Both the position numbers and the translations under genes were made by a program. Positions 20,489 through 28,946 of a stretch of DNA of 64,000 nt are shown here, piece by piece. The notes under the pieces were generated by a model. The model did no database searches and was not told the DNA's origin. It saw only the letters and a list, made by a program, of their open reading frames with translations. The stretch is from Chthoniobacterales bacterium (GTDB lineage: Bacteria; Verrucomicrobiota; Verrucomicrobiia; Chthoniobacterales; JACTMZ01): the NCBI GenBank assembly GCA_021463515.1, contig JAJTYZ010000041.1, forward strand, positions 24,642-88,641. The letters run 5' to 3'. Position 1 is the stretch's first letter. Every line of letters starts with the position of its first letter.

Positions 20489-21709
20489 ATGAATCACAGG
20501 CTTGCCTTGAAAACATTCGCTCTCATTCTTGCTGCTGCCTGTCTCCTTGTTGCGGTGGCTCAGGCTCTTCCCTCCGAAGAGGGCCTTTATGCCACCTTTG
20601 CAACGTCGCAAGGCAGCTTTGTTGCTCGGCTTGATTACGACAAAGCTCCACACACGGTCGCCAATTTTATCGGCCTTGCTCAAGGCACGCGACCATGGGT
20701 GGACTTTATGCGCGGCAACCTCAGCACGCATCCCTTTTATGACGGGATTATTTTCCATCGTGTCATTTCCGGATTTGTGATCCAAGCCGGGTCGCTCAAC
20801 AAACAAGGAACGGATGACCCGGGATATTCCTTCGGAGATGAATTCCACAAGGAACTTCGCCACGATACGGCGGGTGTTCTTTCCATGGCCAATGCCGGTT
20901 CCAATAGTAATGGCAGTCAGTTTTTTATCACTCTTGCGCCGACATCATGGCTCGATAATAAACATTCTGTTTTTGGTCATATTGTCGAGGGTATGAACAT
21001 CGTGGAAGCCATCAGCAATCAACCCACGCCCGAGGTGTATGATCCGCAGTTTGGCTACACGACGATTCAATCAGTCACGATTACGGCCATTGGTTCTAGT
21101 GCGACAAATTTCAAAAATACACCTCCCGCAGGATTGCCACTCATCACCGGAACTTCACCCACACTCCAACGACAAGGAGGCGCGCTTCAGCTCACAACTC
21201 CGCGCCCTGCCTTTTCTAAAAACTTCATTTTTAATTCCACCAATCTCACAAATTGGACGTCGTATATGCAACAAGAAGACCGTGTTTCTTCTGGAAGTCC
21301 TTTCGAGATCACGGTTGCTCCCGGAAATGAATCCCGCGAGTTTTATCGCGTCGTACGAGCGAATTACATTCCACGTCCCCAAGCTCTCATTGGAAAAACC
21401 CTGACACTGAATGCTACAAGTGCATCGCAAACACTAACCATTACGATTGCTGCCGATGAGGGCTATGCCGAGGATGGAAACTTTGGCTCGGTTGTCATTG
21501 ATAATGGTGCCCCCATGCTTCTTCGCGGGTATTATTTATGGCCGACGTTGAGCACTCTGTATTTCGATGTCGGCTTTGGCGGTGCTTACACATTTGCCCT
21601 TAATTTTTCCGACGCCTCGCATGGTTGGTTCACGTGTCAGGTATATGGAACCGAGAATCAGGATGTGTGGCCTATTTTCGGAACATTCCAAATCCAAGAG
21701 ACGCCGTGA
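20489..21709 (+). CDS. secreted cyclophilin-type peptidyl-prolyl isomerase with a roughly 200-aa C-terminal extension
   Basis: Signal peptide MNHRLALKTFALILAAACLLVAVAQA (an alternative ATG lies at 20465). Cyclophilin motifs FHRVISGFVIQAG, MANAGSNSNGSQFFI and HSVFGHIVEGMNIVEAI, followed by an unrecognised domain. Confidence 0.88.
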   Translation: MNHRLALKTFALILAAACLLVAVAQALPSEEGLYATFATSQGSFVARLDYDKAPHTVANFIGLAQGTRPWVDFMRGNLSTHPFYDGIIFHRVISGFVIQAGSLNKQGTDDPGYSFGDEFHKELRHDTAGVLSMANAGSNSNGSQFFITLAPTSWLDNKHSVFGHIVEGMNIVEAISNQPTPEVYDPQFGYTTIQSVTITAIGSSATNFKNTPPAGLPLITGTSPTLQRQGGALQLTTPRPAFSKNFIFNSTNLTNWTSYMQQEDRVSSGSPFEITVAPGNESREFYRVVRANYIPRPQALIGKTLTLNATSASQTLTITIAADEGYAEDGNFGSVVIDNGAPMLLRGYYLWPTLSTLYFDVGFGGAYTFALNFSDASHGWFTCQVYGTENQDVWPIFGTFQIQETP

Positions 21710-21740
21710 TCGCATTTTGTGAGGGGAAACGTAAGGGGAA

Positions 21741-21824
21741 TGGTGCTCGGGGGGGGACTTGAACCCCCATGCCTTGCGGCATACGCCCCTCAAACGTACG
21801 TGTCTGCCATTTCACCACCCGAGC
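21741..21824 (-). tRNA. tRNA-Leu (anticodon GAG), CCA encoded
   Basis: The reverse complement folds as GCTCGGG/CCCGAGC acceptor, TACGT-TTGAGGG-GCGTA anticodon arm (GAG at positions 34-36), a 13-nt variable arm TGCCGCAAGGCAT, GGGGG-TTCAAGT-CCCCC T-arm, and A-CCA. Confidence 0.93.
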
Positions 21825-21848
21825 GTGTGCGGGGAAGAATAGCGTGAT

Positions 21849-21869
21849 CTTGCGAAGGCGCAAGTTTTT
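21849..21869 (+). terminator. rho-independent terminator candidate (+ strand) between the tRNA and tkt
   Basis: CTTGCG-AAGG-CGCAAG hairpin followed by TTTTT. It would stop read-through from the cyclophilin gene, across the antisense tRNA, before tkt. Confidence 0.5.
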
Positions 21870-21946
21870 CACGTGTGCAAAAGAACGTCATCCGGTTTGC
21901 AAAGTTTGCTTGTCCTACGGCACGAACTGCGGCGAAATGGAAGGTT

Positions 21947-23941
21947 ATGGGTTTTCCGCTTGAAGTTCTTTCGTTGGCCGCACGCGATGCGCGTGGCCTT
22001 GCCATTGATGCCATTGCTGCTTGCAAGTCCGGTCATTTAGGTCTCCCGCTGGGATGTGCTGAAATTGGCGCGGCTCTTTTTGGCCGCGCTCTCCGCTATA
22101 ATCCGAAGGAACCACGGTGGCTTGCACGTGATCGCTTCATTCTGTCTCCCGGCCATGGCAGCATGTTCCTTTATGCGTGGCTCCATTTGGCGGGTTATGA
22201 CGTGCCGTTGGAACAGATAAAAAAATTTCGTCAGCTTGGCAGCACGACGCCGGGGCATCCGGAGTTTGGCGAAACACCCGGGGTAGAAAGTACCACGGGA
22301 CCACTCGGTCAGGGCGTCGCCAATGCGGTGGGGTTTGCGGTTTCGGGAAAAATGACCGCTGCACATTTCAATACGCCGGAGCATCGCATCTTTGATCACA
22401 AAGTCGTGTGTCTTGCGGGCGATGGCTGTCTGCAAGAGGGAGTGGCGAGCGAAGCAATTTCTTTGGCAGGGCATCTGCAATTGGACAATCTGATTCTCAT
22501 TTACGATTCCAATGATGTGACGCTCGATGCGATGGCGTTGGTTACGCAGAGCGAGGATACATCGGCGCGTTTTCGTGCGTGTGAGTGGGATGTGCAGGAG
22601 GTGGACGGGCAGAATCTGGAGGCTTTTTTGACGGCCTTTGACAAGGCGCGGAAGGCGCAAGGAAAGCCACAGCTTATTGTCGCCAAGACGCTCATTGGGA
22701 AAGGTATTCCAGAAGTTGCCGGTACGAGTAAGGCCCATGGAGAAGGAGGCGTGGCTTTCGCGGATACCGCTCGCAAAGGACTGGGGCTGCCGGAGGAGAA
22801 ATTCTATGTCGCACCGGAAGTGAAGGAGTATTTTACGCGGCATGAGTCGGAGTTGATGAAGGATTACGAGGCTTGGAATGCGAGCTACAAAGCTTGGCGT
22901 GAAGCGAATCGCGATCTCGCGGCGCAATTGGATGCAGCCCTCGAAAAAAGGACGCCGAATTTATTGGAATGTATTCCAACTTATCCCACGGATGCGCCGG
23001 ATATTGCCACGCGTAAGGCAGGGAGCAACGTGTTGCAGGATGTCGCCAAAGCTCTGCCGCTTGTGATTAGCGGTAGCGCGGATTTGCACGGCTCGACTTT
23101 GAATTACATCAAGGATGGCGGAGACTTCGATGCCCACAATCGTGCGGGGCGCAACCTTCGCTTTGGAATTCGTGAACACGCGATGGCGGGACTTCTCAAT
23201 GGCATTGCTTACGATGGAATTTTTCATGCGAGCGGCGCAACCTTCCTCGTGTTTAGCGATTACTGCCGACCGTCTATCCGACTCGCCGCTTTATCACATC
23301 TTCCGGTGGTTTACATTTTCACCCATGATTCTGTGGGGGTGGGGGAAGACGGACCGACACATCAGCCGGTAGAAACCGTGGCGGCGTTAAGGACGATTCC
23401 TAATTTGGATGTGATTCGACCAGCGGACCCCGAGGAAACCGCAGGTGCTTTCGCGGCGGCGTTCGAGCGGAAGGATGGACCAACTTTGTTGGCTCTTACG
23501 CGGCAGGTGGTGCCGACACTACGACAAATTCCAGCGGTGGAAGGGCGCGAAGGAACGTTGAAAGGTGGCTATATTGCGCTTAAAGAAACGGCAGCATTGG
23601 AATTGATTCTCCTCGCGGCTGGCAGCGAATTAAGCTTGGCTATGAAAGCTGCCGAGCAACTTGGTGTCGGTGTCCGTGTGGTTTCGATGCCGTGCTTTGA
23701 GCGATTTGATCGTCAGTCGGCAGCTTATCGTGAGTCTGTTTTACCGAAAAGCTGTACGAAGCGCATTTCCATTGAGGCCGGTGTGACGCAGCCGTGGTTT
23801 AAATATGTGGGCCTTGAGGGACTGGCACTTGGGATTGATCGCTTTGGCTTGAGTGCCCCGGGTGGGATTGCCATGAAAGAACTTGGAATCACGATGGAAG
23901 CCGTGGTGAAAGCCGCGCAGAGCCTTGCGGCGCAAGCTTGA
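21947..23941 (+). CDS. tkt: transketolase
   Basis: ATG at 21947 preceded by GGAAGG. Motifs [14 protein letters not shown], ThDP motif GDGCLQEGV, and [15 protein letters not shown]. Confidence 0.96.
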   Translation: MGFPLEVLSLAARDARGLAIDAIAACKSGHLGLPLGCAEIGAALFGRALRYNPKEPRWLARDRFILSPGHGSMFLYAWLHLAGYDVPLEQIKKFRQLGSTTPGHPEFGETPGVESTTGPLGQGVANAVGFAVSGKMTAAHFNTPEHRIFDHKVVCLAGDGCLQEGVASEAISLAGHLQLDNLILIYDSNDVTLDAMALVTQSEDTSARFRACEWDVQEVDGQNLEAFLTAFDKARKAQGKPQLIVAKTLIGKGIPEVAGTSKAHGEGGVAFADTARKGLGLPEEKFYVAPEVKEYFTRHESELMKDYEAWNASYKAWREANRDLAAQLDAALEKRTPNLLECIPTYPTDAPDIATRKAGSNVLQDVAKALPLVISGSADLHGSTLNYIKDGGDFDAHNRAGRNLRFGIREHAMAGLLNGIAYDGIFHASGATFLVFSDYCRPSIRLAALSHLPVVYIFTHDSVGVGEDGPTHQPVETVAALRTIPNLDVIRPADPEETAGAFAAAFERKDGPTLLALTRQVVPTLRQIPAVEGREGTLKGGYIALKETAALELILLAAGSELSLAMKAAEQLGVGVRVVSMPCFERFDRQSAAYRESVLPKSCTKRISIEAGVTQPWFKYVGLEGLALGIDRFGLSAPGGIAMKELGITMEAVVKAAQSLAAQA

Positions 23942-23947
23942 GTTTTT

Positions 23948-24733
23948 TCAAAAGACAAACGGGATCCCTTGGGCTGCAAAGGCCGCTTTTTCTTCGGGAA
24001 GATAGCGGTCGGCGAGGCGATTAAATCCACCGTCGGCACGAAACACCCGGAGAAAGTCATTGACTTGCGAGCGTAGGGCATCGTCATCTTTGCGCAGTGC
24101 AATCGCCCAATGCTCTTTTTGCAATGGTGCCAGCAACGCTCGTGTGGTGTCGGGATTGCGTTTGGCATTTTGAAATACGGACATTTGGTCGTAGATGAAT
24201 GCCGCAGCTTTTCCTTGCACGACTTCTAAGACACAGGCGTTTTCTTTTTCGAGAGTGAGGATACGTGCATTGCGGAGGTTGCGGCGGGCAAAAACTTCTC
24301 CCGTGGTGCCTTGCCGAACAACGATAGTGTTGGTCGTGCTGTCTATTTCTTCGATGTTCGACGCCAAGCTGGTTTTGGGAATAAGCGCGGCCAGACCTGT
24401 GGTGAGGTAAGGATCGGAAAACGCCACAGCCTTGGCGCGTTCGGGCGTGGCGGTCATGGAGGAAAGGAGGATATCCACTTTGCCGGACTTGAGAGCGGGG
24501 ATGAGGCCGGTGAACGGAATGTTTTTGATTTGCAATGGACGATGAAGTTTTTCGGCCAAACTGCGTGCTAAATCCACGCTAATGCCCGAGGGAGTACCAT
24601 CCGCGCCGATGGTCTCGAAGGGCGGATAGGAAAGGTCCATGCCGACTTTGAGTGGAGAGGTATCCTCTCCAAAAACAAACGTGGCGGCACAATAGCCGAT
24701 AAGGAGCGCGAGAATATGAAGACGTAAAATCAT
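23948..24733 (-). CDS. polar amino-acid ABC transporter substrate-binding protein (SBP_bac_3)
   Basis: Signal peptide, then LKVGMDLSYPPFE... GISVDLARSLAEKL... GLIPALKSGKVDILLSSMTATPER. No permease or ATPase gene is adjacent. Confidence 0.85.
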   Translation of the reverse strand: MILRLHILALLIGYCAATFVFGEDTSPLKVGMDLSYPPFETIGADGTPSGISVDLARSLAEKLHRPLQIKNIPFTGLIPALKSGKVDILLSSMTATPERAKAVAFSDPYLTTGLAALIPKTSLASNIEEIDSTTNTIVVRQGTTGEVFARRNLRNARILTLEKENACVLEVVQGKAAAFIYDQMSVFQNAKRNPDTTRALLAPLQKEHWAIALRKDDDALRSQVNDFLRVFRADGGFNRLADRYLPEEKAAFAAQGIPFVF

Positions 24734-24792
24734 GAGAAATGTGAGTGTTTTTGCTCGCCGTCATGGGAGCTTTTGGCAAATGCTGACCCCTT

Positions 24793-25209
24793 ATGCTTCA
24801 AGAATTCAAAACTTTTATTGCGAAAGGCAATGCCGTGGACCTCGCCATCGGCGTGATTATCGGCGCAGCCTTCGGGAAAATTGTCAGCTCCTTGGTGGAT
24901 GATCTCATCATGCCTGTGATGGGCCTTTTTCTTGGAAAATTGGATTTTAGCCAGCTCTACCTTTCGCTCGATGGCAAGCATTACGACACCCTTGCTGCAG
25001 CAAAACAAGCGGGTGCGGCCACGTTGAATTACGGATCTTTTATTACGGTACTCATCCAATTTTTCATTATCGCTTGGGTCATTTTTCTCCTCGTAAAAGG
25101 AATCAATACTCTCAAGCGTGAGAAGGAAGAAAAAGCGGCAGCTGCCCCCGAACCATCGGCTCAGGAAAAACTTTTGGGAGAAATCCGCGACTTGTTAAAG
25201 CAACGTTAA
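24793..25209 (+). CDS. mscL: large-conductance mechanosensitive channel
   Basis: Starts [41 protein letters not shown]. 138 aa. Confidence 0.96.
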   Translation: MLQEFKTFIAKGNAVDLAIGVIIGAAFGKIVSSLVDDLIMPVMGLFLGKLDFSQLYLSLDGKHYDTLAAAKQAGAATLNYGSFITVLIQFFIIAWVIFLLVKGINTLKREKEEKAAAAPEPSAQEKLLGEIRDLLKQR

Positions 25210-25217
25210 GGAGCCGT

Positions 25218-25577
25218 TTAATACGACTCCCGCACCAAGACGTTCTTGTCATTCACGACAATCACCTTGGGTTTGTGCTGCGCTGCTTCCTGAGCATCCA
25301 GCCATGCGAAAGACATGATCGTCACGCGGTCACCGATTTGCCCTAAGTGGGCGGCGGCACCATTGAGTTCAATAGCACCGGAACCTGCAGGGCCATAGAT
25401 CACGTAAGTTTCAAATCGCTGACCTTGCGCCATGTTGCTGACGAGAATGCGTTCGTAAGGCAGGAGCCCTACGCGTTCGGCGAGGTCGGACGCTATGGTC
25501 AGGCTGCCCTCATAATCAAGCGAAGCACCCGTGACGGCGGCGCGGTGAATTTTCGATTTTAACAAGCAAACACTCAT
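25218..25577 (-). CDS. panD: aspartate 1-decarboxylase
   Basis: LKSKIHRAAVTGASLDYEGSLTI, which includes the Gly-Ser self-cleavage site. 119 aa. Confidence 0.96.
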   Translation of the reverse strand: MSVCLLKSKIHRAAVTGASLDYEGSLTIASDLAERVGLLPYERILVSNMAQGQRFETYVIYGPAGSGAIELNGAAAHLGQIGDRVTIMSFAWLDAQEAAQHKPKVIVVNDKNVLVRESY

Positions 25578-25659
25578 GAAAAATTAGCTATATACCCTAG
25601 CATAAATCACCACCGATGCGAGCATTCTTCGCTGTGATCGCCGAAGAAAGTTTGGGGCG

Positions 25660-25932
25660 TCAATTGGTGCGCGGGATTTCTTTCCAACGGCAAGGGCCGC
25701 CATCCTTTTGCTTGGAACAACGCCCGAGGCGGCTGGGTTTAGAAGTGACGGACCCACAAACTCGGCACATGTAGGTTTTCACCACAGTCGGTGCCGCTGG
25801 TGAAGAAGGCATGGCCGGTGCGGATGTGGCGGGGGCTTCTTGTGGTGTGCTGCAGCTCACGCAGGCGAAAGTCCCCATGAGAAACCCAACCCTCAATAGT
25901 CGCCAAGGAATTCGGTAAGACATAATAGGCAA
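25660..25932 (-). CDS. small Cys-rich hypothetical lipoprotein
   Basis: Lipobox-like FLMGTFACVS-C, a Pro/Ala linker, then CRVCG...RLGRCSKQKDGGPC, a 4-Cys zinc-ribbon-like pattern. Confidence 0.5.
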   Translation of the reverse strand: MPIMSYRIPWRLLRVGFLMGTFACVSCSTPQEAPATSAPAMPSSPAAPTVVKTYMCRVCGSVTSKPSRLGRCSKQKDGGPCRWKEIPRTN

Positions 25933-26172
25933 TACTACGCCCTAAGTTCTCAATACTCCGAGTTTAAAGTTTGATTCGTATTTGCAAAGCATCGAGTCCT
26001 CTCATGAGGAATAGGAAGCCGTGTAAAGTTGTCCTCGGGTGCAGCTTCCCTCGCTCTCGCGGGAAATATAGACCGTTTAATCACAGTCGAGGCGATCATG
26101 TCCCTCGGGTTTTTTAACGGATGACTTTGTCTGCGAGTGTGCGCTTAGCACGTTGAGGTGGTGGCGATGTCG

Positions 26173-26484
26173 TTACTGACACCGACAATCATTCACCGCA
26201 GCCTCTGTTTCACCGGAACGAAGCTTGGTGATTTTGACTTGAACAAAATCGACGCCCGGATCGAGGTAATCCCATGTAAAACATCCGGGCAAAAGCTGCT
26301 CAAATTGCCGACGCAGAGGAATGGGATCGTGCCCATTGCGAAGCACAAAATAGTCGCCTTCTGATAATTCCTGGAAGCGATCGAAAATCCGCTGATGACG
26401 CTCAGAAAAAATCGTGCGGACATCAAAGATTTTTTCTTCGGGGATGGTGGTTGGTGTACTCATAAATTGCTGATGAAATGACAA
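26173..26484 (-). CDS. DUF2249-domain protein
   Basis: The pattern FDVRTI..ERHQRIFDRFQELSEGDYFVLRNGHDPIPLRRQFEQL...FTWDYLDPGVDFVQVKITK matches my memory of the DUF2249 consensus. The start could instead be the ATG at 26463. Confidence 0.7.
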   Translation of the reverse strand: MSFHQQFMSTPTTIPEEKIFDVRTIFSERHQRIFDRFQELSEGDYFVLRNGHDPIPLRRQFEQLLPGCFTWDYLDPGVDFVQVKITKLRSGETEAAVNDCRCQ

Positions 26485-26711
26485 TGTTCCATTCCTTAAA
26501 CTCGATGTTTCATGAGGTCAAGGTTAAATACGTTTTTCATTTGCATATTTGAATTCATTTTTGAGATCGGTGAAAAAGGGAGAGTCCGTGTGCCCTTGTG
26601 CGTCACTTGGGCTGAGTTTTTCATCTCGGCGCTGTCTCCGGCGAAAGTATGGAAGGCACCATTTTGGTCGCCATGAGCCTCGGACTTCCTATGATGCAAA
26701 CTCTAATTAAA

Positions 26712-26742
26712 CTAGAGCATTAGAAATTTTCTGGACAATATA
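26712..26742 (+). promoter_or_regulatory. shared upstream motif, copy 1 (candidate operator/promoter element)
   Basis: CTAG..ATTA.AAA-TTTTCTGGACAATATA. The 16-nt core at 26727-26742 is identical to 32957-32972. It lies 88 nt upstream of the first gene of the GH42-like operon. Confidence 0.45.
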
Positions 26743-26829
26743 GGAAAATTGGGAAAGGTTTAACAATACCGATTTTTCATTTCGTGTTGGATCAAAGCTC
26801 AAGTTTTATCTTCATTGTGCATATTGGTT

Positions 26830-28062
26830 ATGAACATGCTTAAAAAGGGTGTCGCTGACAGGTTTGTGGTGGAGGAAGATGATTTATTATTTCCCATGTG
26901 GCCACTTTCTAGGGAAGGAGTTCCGCCTCCGAGGGTGAAGGCATTTTTGGATCGTCCGCTGGCATTTATTGGTGTGTGGGAGCCGCTTTCCTTTCGTTCG
27001 CGTGCGGGCTATGCCTATGTTGATGAGGAGGATTATTTTCGGGAGGAGGAATTTTCTGATAAGGCTCTTGATCGCTACGGCAAACTTGGAGCTGGGGGGA
27101 TTGTCCTGCCTTACGCCAAGGGTTTTGGGTTAAAGGCCACGGAGGAAGAGTTGGAGCAAGAAAAGGATGTGATCCGTCGGGCTCATGTGCGTGGCTTGAA
27201 AGCCGGTGTTTACATCCGCGTGGATGCACTTGTTCCCGAGTTGGTGAGAAGGGATTGTCCGGACGTGGAAGAATGGATATCCGTGGGCATGTACGGGCGA
27301 CGCAGCACCTACACGGCCCAGCAAACTTTTCGCCTTCGCATCTGCTATTCGCACCCCGGTGCGGTGCGCTGGCTGGAAAAGCTCTTTCTTTACGCCGTAG
27401 AGGAGCTTGGGGCTGATTACCTCCATTTGGATGGCTATTCGGTGACCCACCTACCTTGGGATGCTTGTCGTTGTCCGCGCTGCCTTGAAACTTACCGGGT
27501 TTGGCTGCAGCAACGTTTTGCCGATCCGAAGTTGCGGCGGCGGGGTTTCGGATTGGTTGATTTTGACGCTATCGAATTTCCGGAGTTTTATCCACATGCC
27601 CCGCTACCCACGGTACTGACCTCCGCCGATATGCAGGCGTGGTATCTTTTCCAGTGGGAGCGGCAAGTTGCCTTCACGCGCCATGTCCGGCGTTTCACCC
27701 GTCAGCTTGCACCGGATTTGGCCCTGACCGCGAATCCGGGGTGGGGGCGTATGGACAATGGCCTGCGTATTGCGGCTAAGAATGTCGAGGCACTGTTGCC
27801 GTGGTTGGATATGGTTTTTATCGAGGATGCCCTTCATCTGGATTTTCGCAACGGCTCGATCTGTTCTCGCATCGGAGTTTTCAAAACTGCGCAGGAATAC
27901 GGACTGCCGGTTGGGCATTACCACTGGACGACAAACGCGAAGAAAATCGAAGCCAGCCTTGCGCTGTCTATCGCGGCCAACGGGGGAATGTGTCTTGCCT
28001 CGGATTCTCTTTCCGATATTTGCCGCACTATAGTCTTGGACAGGAGGAAAAGCGGCGCATGA
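26830..28062 (+). CDS. GH42-like glycoside hydrolase, catalytic TIM-barrel part
   Basis: 410 aa. GH42-type Cys cluster and following helix (PWDACRCPRCLETYRVWLQQRF). ATG at 26830; the ORF-track TTG start is 26815. Confidence 0.6.
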   Translation: MNMLKKGVADRFVVEEDDLLFPMWPLSREGVPPPRVKAFLDRPLAFIGVWEPLSFRSRAGYAYVDEEDYFREEEFSDKALDRYGKLGAGGIVLPYAKGFGLKATEEELEQEKDVIRRAHVRGLKAGVYIRVDALVPELVRRDCPDVEEWISVGMYGRRSTYTAQQTFRLRICYSHPGAVRWLEKLFLYAVEELGADYLHLDGYSVTHLPWDACRCPRCLETYRVWLQQRFADPKLRRRGFGLVDFDAIEFPEFYPHAPLPTVLTSADMQAWYLFQWERQVAFTRHVRRFTRQLAPDLALTANPGWGRMDNGLRIAAKNVEALLPWLDMVFIEDALHLDFRNGSICSRIGVFKTAQEYGLPVGHYHWTTNAKKIEASLALSIAANGGMCLASDSLSDICRTIVLDRRKSGA

Positions 28063-28946
28063 CTCACTGGGCGTCGGCCCATTGGCCGTTGCTTGGCTCA
28101 ACGCGCCCTTTTGGGGACATCGCTTTGCTTCGTCATTTTCCGAGCCTTGCTTGGAACGCCCGTCAACACTGGCATGCCGCCATGCACATGGAGCAGATTC
28201 TCGTTCATATGCGCATTCCTTGGCGCTTGTTTGACACGCTTTCGGCAGAGGTTTTGTCGGGGATGCGAACGCTCCTTTTACCCGATGTGGAATCACTTTC
28301 CGATGGTGAGTTAAACCTTTTACAAAGTTGCGCGCAAGGTGGTGGTCGTTTGTTTTTCACAAGTCGGACAGGAACCCACGATGAGTTCCGACGCCGTCGC
28401 CCGTGCCCTGCCATCCTTTCGTGGCTTCCGGAATTTGATCGGTCTCGGGGTGCGGAGGATTGGTTTTCCTGGTACAAGGAAGACTTCAGCGAGAGTGAAG
28501 AAGCGGGTGACCATCCGACAGGGGAGCCGTGGATACGACCTTTTGGCAAAGGGTGCCTTGGCTATTGGCCACAAATAGGGGCGGGGAATCCTCCTTGTTT
28601 GGCAAATTCCTCGCTGAAGCCGGAAGAATGGAAACTCTCACCTGAAGCACCCGCGATAAAAAAGTTTCTACGCGACCTGCACGGGCCGTTTCGCTTCGAG
28701 GTTAACGGCCCTGACTCGCTGCTTACCAACACCGCCCTCCATGCGGACACCGGTGAAATTTTACTCCACCTTATTCAAGTGGACACCGATGCCGCCCCGA
28801 TTGATTTGGTTATCTGTGGGGTCAATGATTCTGAAAATGTCCGACTACTTTCTCCGGATGTCGTTCCTCCGAAACTTCAACGGATGCACGATGGCCTGCA
28901 TCTGCTCGGACTTAACCGCTACGCGATCATTGTATTTTCATCATGA
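28059..28946 (+). CDS. GH42 'trimerisation-domain'-like protein (GATase1-like) plus C-terminal beta domain
   Basis: ATG at 28059 with RBS AGGAGG (28042-28047) and an ATGA overlap with the upstream gene. The pattern DIALLRHFPS...MRTLLLPDVESLSDGELNLLQSCAQGGGRLFFTSRTG is typical of the domain that follows the GH42 barrel. Confidence 0.55.
   Translation: MTHWASAHWPLLGSTRPFGDIALLRHFPSLAWNARQHWHAAMHMEQILVHMRIPWRLFDTLSAEVLSGMRTLLLPDVESLSDGELNLLQSCAQGGGRLFFTSRTGTHDEFRRRRPCPAILSWLPEFDRSRGAEDWFSWYKEDFSESEEAGDHPTGEPWIRPFGKGCLGYWPQIGAGNPPCLANSSLKPEEWKLSPEAPAIKKFLRDLHGPFRFEVNGPDSLLTNTALHADTGEILLHLIQVDTDAAPIDLVICGVNDSENVRLLSPDVVPPKLQRMHDGLHLLGLNRYAIIVFSS

Noticed and set aside
21710-21946. tRNA-Leu as a possible integration site for a genomic island.
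   Set aside because: No integrase, no direct repeat of the tRNA 3' end, and housekeeping genes (cyclophilin, tkt) flank it on both sides.
25933-26172. 240-nt non-coding gap with a + strand hairpin followed by T6 (CGAGG-N10-CCTCG GG TTTTTT, 26088-26115) and no + strand gene upstream. Possible sRNA.
   Set aside because: The stem is only 5 bp, I recognise no promoter or conserved RNA family, and the gap is adequately explained as the terminator/promoter space between two minus-strand genes. It would need RNA-seq to revive.
27801-28058. N-terminal 86 codons of the ORF-track entry 27801-28946.
   Set aside because: This part overlaps the 3' end of the GH42-like barrel gene in another frame and looks non-protein-like. 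The ATG at 28059, with an AGGAGG RBS and an ATGA overlap, is the credible start.
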